Source of the DNA: Candidatus Aldehydirespirator sp.
GTDB lineage: Bacteria > Actinomycetota > Acidimicrobiia > Acidimicrobiales > Aldehydirespiratoraceae
NCBI GenBank assembly: GCA_965248735.1
Contig: OZ252146.1
Span: 4,050,925-4,114,924 of the forward strand
Reading direction: 5' to 3'
DNA length: 64,000 bases
This document shows, in pieces, positions 46,035 through 53,665 of the stretch (position 1 is its first letter; each line of letters opens with the position of its first letter). The position numbers were made by a program, and so were the translations under genes. The notes under the pieces were generated by a model that had not been told where the DNA came from, did no database searches, and saw nothing but the letters and a program-made list of their open reading frames with translations.

Positions 46035-47221
46035 TCGGTCGCCAGATCCGGCGACTGCGAGAGGCCGCGGGACTCAAGGCCGCGGACCTCGCAGACGCGC
46101 TGGGGCTGGATGCCAGCGCTGTTTCGAATCTCGAACACGACCGGCGGAACGTCAAGGCCGAGGAGTTGGGGGCAATAGCTGAGTTCTTGGGCGTGTCGCA
46201 GTTGGCGATCCTTGAGCCGGACTCGCTGCTCGGTCGGCTCCCAGTGGCCCACCGCACGAACGGCGACGAGAGCGCTAGCAGGGACTCGCGCCTGCGGCTC
46301 ACAGCCATGGCGGAGTTGCACCAGGTACTCACTGACGGCGGTCATCCCGCTGCTGTCCGTGTCGGTGAACCTCCACGGCCAAATTCGACGTGGCTGCAAC
46401 ACTCGACCGCGCTAGCTGACTGGGCGCTGGAGCGTCTCACCCCAGCCGCTGAGGGGGAGGACCGCCTTGCAACCCTGGCCACGGCGATCGAGGACAGACT
46501 GGGTGTGGATGTCATGGTCGAAAGCCTGGACAGCGTCGCGCCGTTGGGCCTCTCGATCACCGACGCCGAGTTCTCGTTCATCCTGGTGAACGCTGAGCAG
46601 CTGAGATCACGCGCTCTGTTCACCCTGGCCCACGAGCTGGGGCATGTCTTGAACAGCGACGGGGCCACGATCAACATCGACCGGGATCTGCGGGCTCGCA
46701 CCGATGAGGAGCGGCTGGCCAACGCGTTCGCGGCCGCGTTCCTGATGCCCGAGCCGCAGGTCAGAGCAGCCATCGACCGCTATGGCCGCGGAGCGGACTG
46801 CCTGGCGCGCATGCTTCTCCGCTTCGGTGTCAGTCATGAAACTCTCGTCTATCGTCTCCACAACCTGCGAATCATCAACGCCCAGGGGCGGGATCGTCTG
46901 CGGAGGATCAGTTGGGCCAGCCTGATCGAGCACGTCTCTGACGATGAGATCGCTCGAAGCCTGCTCGCTGCGAGAGGGGCTCGGCCAGAGAGACGGCCGC
47001 CCGCGCTGCTGGCGACACGGTGCCTCCACGGTGCCCTGGACGGAACGGTCGGGGCGGGGCCGCTTGCGAGGCTGCTTGACGTGGACGTCGATGACATGAT
47101 CGAGGCGATCAACTCGATCGGGCCGGAAGCGGCAGACGCCATCGACGCCGACTATTCGACCCCCGAGGATCCTCCCGACATAGCGATCCTGAGCTTCGAC
47201 GAGGATCCCGTAGCCGCCTGA
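46028..47221 (+). CDS. XRE-family HTH fused to ImmA/IrrE-type zinc metallopeptidase domain
   Basis: N-terminal HTH IGRQIRRLREAAGLKAADLADALGLDASAVSNLEHDRR. HEXXH motif LAHELGHVL within a COG2856-like region. Confidence 0.8.
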   Translation: MSIGRQIRRLREAAGLKAADLADALGLDASAVSNLEHDRRNVKAEELGAIAEFLGVSQLAILEPDSLLGRLPVAHRTNGDESASRDSRLRLTAMAELHQVLTDGGHPAAVRVGEPPRPNSTWLQHSTALADWALERLTPAAEGEDRLATLATAIEDRLGVDVMVESLDSVAPLGLSITDAEFSFILVNAEQLRSRALFTLAHELGHVLNSDGATINIDRDLRARTDEERLANAFAAAFLMPEPQVRAAIDRYGRGADCLARMLLRFGVSHETLVYRLHNLRIINAQGRDRLRRISWASLIEHVSDDEIARSLLAARGARPERRPPALLATRCLHGALDGTVGAGPLARLLDVDVDDMIEAINSIGPEAADAIDADYSTPEDPPDIAILSFDEDPVAA

Positions 47222-47513
47222 AGTCGACTCCTAGCATCGGCGGATGGGCCCCAAGCGGCCCGCCGCTGTCGTCCGGCTGCATCCACAGCACGACTCGAAC
47301 CTCGCCAGAGCCGCTCACGCGCGTGCGCCAGACAGTGTGGCCACGGATGGGAAGACGCAACTGGCCTGAGCGTCCTTTGGCGCTTCCAGGATCGGAGGCG
47401 ATGGCCTGCAATTCGGTCTCTACCCGCTCCGCCAGCGTGGCGAAGCGCGGGTTCGTGAGCAGCCGGTGCAGCGCCTCCTCGGCATCAGGCTCGTAGCGCA
47501 GTAGGTGCAGCAC
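47109..47513 (-). CDS. RelE/ParE-like toxin candidate with aberrant Arg-rich C-terminal extension
   Basis: GTG 47513 with GAGGAG 7 nt upstream. The first ~90 aa (LRYEPDAEEALHRLL..DPGSAKG..GHTVWRTRVSGSGEVRVVLW) resemble the RelE/ParE fold pattern. The last ~45 codons overlap the 3' end of the convergent ImmA gene by 113 nt. Confidence 0.3.
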   Translation of the reverse strand: MLHLLRYEPDAEEALHRLLTNPRFATLAERVETELQAIASDPGSAKGRSGQLRLPIRGHTVWRTRVSGSGEVRVVLWMQPDDSGGPLGAHPPMLGVDFRRLRDPRRSSGSLCREDPRGSNSRRRWRLPLPARSS

Positions 47514-47618
47514 CGTCCTGCTCCTCAGTCTCCCAGATCTGCTACCACCATGGGTTGTGGTATAGTGAAGTTGAACGATACTCAACCCAACAGCCGGCCG
47601 TGCCCGCGCGCCAAGGGA

Positions 47619-47879
47619 ATGCCGCATATGCCTCACCTTCTGCGACCCTCCGACGCATCCGAGACAGTTCCCCAAGCCGTCAGCGATTCGGAGCACCCCG
47701 CACGCACTGCCGCGCCCGATGCCGACGGAGCAGTCGGGCCGGTCCCTGCTGAGGAACTCGACCCCTTCGAGAAGGCGCTGAGGGGCCGCCCCGAGATCAT
47801 GAAGCGAATGGAGGCAGTCGTCGCCGACCCCTCCAAGGCCGTGCCCTCGCGCCACCATCCTCCGCCGGCGAGCCAATAG
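47619..47879 (+). CDS. Hypothetical small protein (86 aa)
   Basis: ATG preceded by AAGGGA. Divergent from the toxin-like gene, with a TACCAC-N8-GTGGTA inverted repeat and a TATAGT box between them. No family recognised. Confidence 0.25.
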   Translation: MPHMPHLLRPSDASETVPQAVSDSEHPARTAAPDADGAVGPVPAEELDPFEKALRGRPEIMKRMEAVVADPSKAVPSRHHPPPASQ

Positions 47880-47972
47880 CCCCGACCCCCACAAGACACT
47901 CCGTTACAAGGTTCGGCCACGCTGGAGGGTCTTGGTGCCTGCTCGTTTGGCCACGGAGAAGGCTTGACCCGA

Positions 47973-48683
47973 TCAACCAGCGGCAACTGCAACGACAGGG
48001 TCATCGATCGTTGACCGATCCACATAGGTCACGAGAATCTGGCGGATTTCGCGTGCTGAGAGGATTGCCTGAGCACCAGGGGAGCCCTCGATGGGCTCGC
48101 CATCGGGCCCAAGAAGTGTTAGAGGCTGGCCGATGACCAGATCGCGGTCTGAGGAGTCTTCAAGATCTGTGTTGTACCAGACGAGCGGTCCTGCCACGTA
48201 GCTTCCGTCGTTCAGGTGACATTCGAGATATACGTAGCTGTCTTTCGGGGCGCCGATGAAGAAGTAGCGGTGCCATACGGACTCGTCGGACAGCGCTGGA
48301 GCGAACCGCTTCAAGAAAGGCTCTATCGGCCAGAGGCGATAGGCGAACGCCACCGCGAGGGCCGACGCTCCAGCGAGGAGCGCGACCGACCATCCTCCGA
48401 CCCATGCGAGCCTGGCGTTGCTTTGGAGCAGATATCCCTCCGCATCGCGCAGGAGATGAACGATGCTCGGAGAGTGGCCGCGTATCCACGGCACCCCCTG
48501 AAGGGCGCCATAGAGGGCCAACATCGAGGTATTGGTGACCATCGCTACGACGAGCAGGTTGGCTCCCTCGATCACCGTGGACACCGGGCGCGTGGGGACC
48601 GTTCGTCGGCGTACCGCGTAGTAGCAGTAGCCGGGGATCAGCACATAGACGGCAACCAGCAGCCCTACCAGCGTGCTAGGCAT
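47973..48683 (-). CDS. Membrane protein of unknown function (N-terminal TM region + soluble C-terminal domain)
   Basis: 236 aa with 3-4 TM helices (LVGLLVAVYVLIPGYCYY, LLVVAMVTNTSMLALYG, WSVALLAGASALAVAFAY). GC is lower than the genome background. Confidence 0.6.
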   Translation of the reverse strand: MPSTLVGLLVAVYVLIPGYCYYAVRRRTVPTRPVSTVIEGANLLVVAMVTNTSMLALYGALQGVPWIRGHSPSIVHLLRDAEGYLLQSNARLAWVGGWSVALLAGASALAVAFAYRLWPIEPFLKRFAPALSDESVWHRYFFIGAPKDSYVYLECHLNDGSYVAGPLVWYNTDLEDSSDRDLVIGQPLTLLGPDGEPIEGSPGAQAILSAREIRQILVTYVDRSTIDDPVVAVAAG

Positions 48684-49495
48684 CGGCTAAGAGCTACCGC
48701 TTGGGCGACTGATCTCCGCCTCTGCTCGGCGGCTGCGGCAGAGTGTCCACGGGAGGCGGCGCCGGGGGAGCGTTCCGGGGCGCCCTCCCGCGCTTCGAGA
48801 GGTTCGGCTCGGCACTGGGGCGAGTCTGCTTCTCGGCCATGCAATAGAACCTACATGATGATGCGCTGAAGAGCAGTGGGACTGCGGCGACCGAAGCCCT
48901 GCGAGACGACGGCATCTGAGGCTTCCGGCCTTGGCTAGCGCTTCCTTCGAGGCTTCGGCAACCTGTTGACCACACGCGGTGGTGGAGGCGGATTCTTCGG
49001 AGCCCTTCCATCCCTTACATGGATATTCCGAGACCTGTTGCCCGTCTGCTCGTCTCCCACACGGGAAGCGTACCGCAGACACGCCGTGGCGCGGTCCACC
49101 GGAGCGCCACTCGATCAGATCCTCGGCGGCGCGCTGGAACCCGGCGTTGTCGCCCCGCTGATGGCTGCGAAGCAGCGCCTTCACCAGACCACTGCGCGCC
49201 ACGCCACGAACCTGCTCGGCAGCAGCGACACCGGGCGACGACCCGTCACAGCGATGCCGTCGGCGGTTCGGTTCTTCGCTGACACCCGAGCAACCGCAGA
49301 GAATCCTGGGCAAGGCACATCTTCCGAGGGTCCTGCCCGGCCCGGAGGGCCATGTCATATGGAGGCGGCAAGCTGCACTACCCTGGCTATGCATCCTCAT
49401 GCGGCCCCGACCCACGCAGGAGACGTGCCCCTAAGGTAACCTTGGCCCATAATGCGATATTTAGTGTCGTTCGCGAGACGAGAAAGGACGATGCG

Positions 49496-50833
49496 GTGGC
49501 CAATCTGGAATCGGTGAGCCTCTTCTCCAACTGTGGGGCGGGCGATGTCGGCTTCGCGCTGGCAGGGTTCCGGTTCAGGGTTCTGGCCGAGATCGATGAG
49601 CGCCGCCTTGATGTAGCGCTTCGCAACCACAGTGACGCCTCCGGCATCGTGGGAGATCTCAGGAAGACTTGGCCCGATGTTGTCGAGTCCTACCGGGAAC
49701 GCTGTGGCTCAACACAACCAGCCCTGGTGTCGGCGTGCCCCCCATGCCAGGGGATGAGTTCGGCGCGGGGCAGCCGAGGCCACGAAAGCGACGCCGACGC
49801 CGGGAGCCGTGACGCTCGGAATCTCCTTGTAGAGGTGATCGCCGATGTCGCCAAGAAGGTAGAGCCACGGATCGTGGTGGTTGAGAACGTGCCTGCGTTC
49901 CTGTCTCGCCTCGTCATCGACCCGGACACACGCGAGCCGATCTCGGCAGCGGCGCTCCTGATTCGTTTGCTCGGAGAGCGCTATCGCGCGTTTCCGTTCC
50001 TGGCAGACCTGGCCGACTACGGGGTCCCCCAGCGCCGGGTCCGCGCCTTCCTCACGTTCATCAAGCGCGACGAGCCCGCGCTCGAACTCTTGGAACGAGC
50101 AGCCTTGGTCCCCTTCCCATGTGCTCCGATCCTCCGATCCTCCGAACCGACGACGCTCCGCGAGGCCCTCGCGGAATTGGGCGCCAAGCCGCTCGACGCG
50201 AAGTCCCCCACGGCCGCGCGGGACGACTCCAACCCCATGCATGCCGTGCCTGTCTGGGGCGACAATCGCCAGTATCGGATGGTTGCGGCGATTCCTCCGG
50301 GTTCCGGTGGCCGGGCATGGCAGAACTCGCAGTGCGAGCGATGCGGGGAGGTCGACGTCGGCTCCGAGGACGCTGTATGCCCCGTCTGTGCGGCACCACT
50401 GTTGCGCCCGGTCGTGCAGGAGGAGGACGGGTCATACAGGCTCGTGAAGGGCTTTAGGAATTCGAGTTACTCGCGCATGTCGCCTGACGCTCCGGCAGCC
50501 ACGATCACCACCGCGAGCGGTCACGTCGGCTCTGACCTGACCATCCACCCCTTCGAGAACCGGCTCTTGAGCCCGTTGGAGTGTGCATACCTCCAGACAT
50601 TCCCAGCGGATTTCGACTGGGGCACAGCGCTCAAGCGCTGGGGTCCCACCTTTGTACGCACGATCATCGGAGAGGCAGTTCCGCCGAGGTTCACGGAACT
50701 CCATGGAAGGGCCTTGAGGCGCCTGCTGGATGGCCAGACTGAGGGACTTGCTCAACAGAACGACAAAGGTGTGTTGAAGGCCGATCGGCGGCTTAGCCGC
50801 CTGCGGAGCAAGCCACTGGAGCTAACCGCGTGA
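49496..50833 (+). CDS. DNA (cytosine-5)-methyltransferase with zinc-ribbon insert
   Basis: Motif I FSNCGAGDVG, IV PPCQGMS, VI VVVENV, VIII QRRVRAF, X GEAVPP. An insert carries CERCGEVDVGSEDAVCPVCAAP. GTG start with GAAAGGA Shine-Dalgarno after an AT-rich promoter-like stretch. Confidence 0.9.
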   Translation: MANLESVSLFSNCGAGDVGFALAGFRFRVLAEIDERRLDVALRNHSDASGIVGDLRKTWPDVVESYRERCGSTQPALVSACPPCQGMSSARGSRGHESDADAGSRDARNLLVEVIADVAKKVEPRIVVVENVPAFLSRLVIDPDTREPISAAALLIRLLGERYRAFPFLADLADYGVPQRRVRAFLTFIKRDEPALELLERAALVPFPCAPILRSSEPTTLREALAELGAKPLDAKSPTAARDDSNPMHAVPVWGDNRQYRMVAAIPPGSGGRAWQNSQCERCGEVDVGSEDAVCPVCAAPLLRPVVQEEDGSYRLVKGFRNSSYSRMSPDAPAATITTASGHVGSDLTIHPFENRLLSPLECAYLQTFPADFDWGTALKRWGPTFVRTIIGEAVPPRFTELHGRALRRLLDGQTEGLAQQNDKGVLKADRRLSRLRSKPLELTA

Positions 50834-52851
50834 CGGATACCGTCCAAGACGACGATCTATACCTACGATTCCTTGGGTCGCTCATCGAAGAGCTAGGGGC
50901 AAAAATGTACCCTAGCGTGACTGCCTCTGTGGCGGAGTTGATTTCTAATGCATGGGATGCGGACGCCAAGAATGTATGGATTACCATGCCTCTCGGCAGA
51001 CGTGTGGAGAGCGACACCGACGAAATCGATGTTCTCGACGACGGCATCGGAATGTCACGGAGCGAAGCTAGAACGAAGTATCTTGTCGTTGGACGCAAGC
51101 GGCGAATCGAAGAGGACGGTTGGAAGTCTCCTGCCGGACGTTCTTTACACGGACGCAAAGGCATAGGAAAACTAGCTGCCTTCGGAACAGCTAAGAATCT
51201 ACAGTGCATAACGTTGAAACAAGGCGGAACACACACAGCGTTCGAGCTAGACTATGACAAGATCCGACGGCTCAAGGGTGGCGAGGATTACAAGGTGCCA
51301 GAACTCGTTGAGTATGCGGTCCCAGTCCGAGCTGATACTGGTCAGCCACTTGCGAACGGGACTCAAGTTCGCCTCTCCAATCTATTAGGCAAGATGATTC
51401 CAAATGAAGATCGGTTCCGCGCTTCTCTAGCCCGTCGGTTTGGTGTCCTTAGTCCTGAGATGAATATATTCCTAAACGGCAGGAATGTAGAACGGTTCGA
51501 TATCCCACTTGACATCAGGTTTCCTCGTGACGGTGTACCGGAGCCTGGAAAGGGCCTACCACCGAGAGACCCCGCGACTGGAGAGCGTACCCCACCCTTG
51601 GTCGTCGATGACGGCTGGACTATCGAGACCCTGCCTGAGGGTGAGGTCCGGTGGTGGATTGGATTCACGGCAACACCAATCGATGTTGCAGAGTTGAGAG
51701 GCATCGCAGTCCTCTCACACCGCAAGATGGTCCAGAGACCCTTCATGTTCGGTAGATCACTGGGAACCTCGGGTCAACTCGGTCAGGAGTATCTCGTCGG
51801 CGAGGTCATAGCGGACTGGATCGACAATAATATTCAGCCCGAAGAGGATCTCGTCGAGACGAACCGCAGCCAACTCCAACTGGAAGATGAACGACTCCAG
51901 GAGTTTCTTCAGTGGGGAAGACGTCGTCTAAGGTGGGCACTTGCATTGCGTTCAGAGCTCAGGAAAGACAGGGTAATCGAGACTGTCCTGCTTGATCCAG
52001 CTGTTGAGAACCGACTTGGGCAGTTTACTTCTCGAGAGCAGACAGCATTCAAGACCATCGGCAAACATCTCGCGAAGATGCCAGAAGCGGACTCGGACGA
52101 TGTAACCGATCTGATGTTGCAAATCATGGACTCCTATGATGACAAGTCCGTTAGGGAGATGATTGAAAGGATCGGTGAAACGGATGAGACAACCCAAGAG
52201 CGCATGTGGGGACTGATCGCAGAGTTCGGTCTGATTGATGCTAGGCGAACAGCTACGAGAGTGCGGGCACGAATGCAGGTCATTGAGAAGCTTGAGGACC
52301 TTGTTGCGAGCGGAGCCCTCGAAGTTCCCGAGATCCACAACCATATCCGAGACAACTTCTGGCTACTCGATCCGCGCTGGGATCTCTATGGTGATGAGGT
52401 CGATTTGACACGGATGCTTCAAGACAAGTATGGATACTCGACTAAAGAACCGGGAAGACAAGTCGATTACCTATTCTCCGTAGCGCCAACAACCCTCACT
52501 TCTGCCGATGAAGTAATAGTGGTAGAAATCAAGCGTGCGCGCAAGGCAGACGGCTCCAAGCACCGGGCCAATTCGAGCGAAGTGATCAAGTTTGCAGGAT
52601 ATGTAGAGGATGCTCTCGCTTACTACTCTCAGTCTAACAGTCCCGCTGATGTTCCATCAGTGAGAGGATTGATGATTGCCACTGGATATACTAACTCAGC
52701 GCAGATGCAGAGACGTGCACTTGAGAATGTTCCTGGTGCCAAGTATCAATTCAAGTCATGGGAGTCCGTGCTCAAGGACACCAAGCGACTGCATCAAGGA
52801 TGGCTTGAGCTATCATCCCGTCGTGGGCAGATGGCTGAGGTAGACACCTAG
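50830..52851 (+). CDS. GHKL (HATPase_c/MORC-like) ATPase fused to a C-terminal PD-(D/E)xK nuclease-like domain
   Basis: Bergerat-fold N box ELISNAWDADA, G1 DDGIGM, G2 GRKGIGKLAAFG. The C-terminus has WLLDPRWDLYG..VDYLFS..VIVVEIKRARK (D...ExK). GTGA overlap with the methyltransferase stop. About 50 % GC. Confidence 0.85.
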   Translation: MTDTVQDDDLYLRFLGSLIEELGAKMYPSVTASVAELISNAWDADAKNVWITMPLGRRVESDTDEIDVLDDGIGMSRSEARTKYLVVGRKRRIEEDGWKSPAGRSLHGRKGIGKLAAFGTAKNLQCITLKQGGTHTAFELDYDKIRRLKGGEDYKVPELVEYAVPVRADTGQPLANGTQVRLSNLLGKMIPNEDRFRASLARRFGVLSPEMNIFLNGRNVERFDIPLDIRFPRDGVPEPGKGLPPRDPATGERTPPLVVDDGWTIETLPEGEVRWWIGFTATPIDVAELRGIAVLSHRKMVQRPFMFGRSLGTSGQLGQEYLVGEVIADWIDNNIQPEEDLVETNRSQLQLEDERLQEFLQWGRRRLRWALALRSELRKDRVIETVLLDPAVENRLGQFTSREQTAFKTIGKHLAKMPEADSDDVTDLMLQIMDSYDDKSVREMIERIGETDETTQERMWGLIAEFGLIDARRTATRVRARMQVIEKLEDLVASGALEVPEIHNHIRDNFWLLDPRWDLYGDEVDLTRMLQDKYGYSTKEPGRQVDYLFSVAPTTLTSADEVIVVEIKRARKADGSKHRANSSEVIKFAGYVEDALAYYSQSNSPADVPSVRGLMIATGYTNSAQMQRRALENVPGAKYQFKSWESVLKDTKRLHQGWLELSSRRGQMAEVDT

Positions 52852-52869
52852 ATCGTCGTGTCACCACGA

Positions 52870-53574
52870 TCATAGTGCTACGAGGCGTACGTCAGCGTGC
52901 AAGTAGTCGCTGAAGATCATGCGCACACGATCACCACCAGAGTCTACCGAGCACGAGAATCTTCCTACCTGTACATCTTCCCATCCCGGTCCATAACTGG
53001 ACTCTTCACCGCCACACACGGAGCGAATGAAGCCGCGGCTCCCGATTTCACCCCAGGCCGATAGACCCGGACGTGAGGATGAAAAGAACACGTCTCTAAT
53101 CTCTGCTGATAGCGGCGCAACATCGCAGTGCACCGTCGCCTCTAGGTCAGCGGTATCCTGTGCAGTATCGAAACGCCACAAACCGCGAGCGATCTTCTCC
53201 AGAACTAGATTCACTCGCTCTAACTCAGGACGTACAGTATATGCGCTGTTATCGACTGTGGCCGCGCGAGCTAATTTCTCCCGGAGTAGAGGCCTATGTT
53301 CCAGCGTCTTGGAGATCTTATGACGCTCCAGTGCCCGTGGATCTGTTGTTCCACAAACCACCACCTCGATGAGGCTCGCTACATATTGCTCGTCGTCCGA
53401 CGAATCCGAATTGCAACCGCGGCAGCTTGGCACAGTGATTAGATCGTCGGGATATGGCTTGTCCAGAAATATCTTGGGCGGTACGTGATCAACAGTGTCG
53501 GGGAATGCACTGCCGCAATGGAAGCATGCGCCGCCGAGACGTGCGTCATGATCCGGGCGATATCGCTTCACCAT
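52870..53574 (-). CDS. HNH-type endonuclease-like protein
   Basis: CFHCGSAFPDTVDHVPPK...VPSCRGCNS gives the Cys/His arrangement of an HNH/zinc-finger nuclease. About 52 % GC, like the neighbouring GHKL gene. Confidence 0.6.
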   Translation of the reverse strand: MVKRYRPDHDARLGGACFHCGSAFPDTVDHVPPKIFLDKPYPDDLITVPSCRGCNSDSSDDEQYVASLIEVVVCGTTDPRALERHKISKTLEHRPLLREKLARAATVDNSAYTVRPELERVNLVLEKIARGLWRFDTAQDTADLEATVHCDVAPLSAEIRDVFFSSSRPGLSAWGEIGSRGFIRSVCGGEESSYGPGWEDVQVGRFSCSVDSGGDRVRMIFSDYLHADVRLVAL

Positions 53575-53665
53575 GTGGTTTCTCGGTTCGGGCTCGACGA
53601 GATGCTGACACCTCGAAGTGAGTCACATCGTGCAACGTGCATCGTGTGGGGGTTTCCTCTCGTGA

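Noticed and set aside
48687-49439. Track ORFs 48687-49415 (minus, 242 aa), 48966-49439 (plus, 157 aa) and other overlapping ORFs as real genes
   Set aside because: They overlap one another, have Arg/Ser/Pro/Gly-rich composition, carry no motifs and lack a Shine-Dalgarno sequence at the starts. The region is treated as unresolved (possible remnant), not as CDS.
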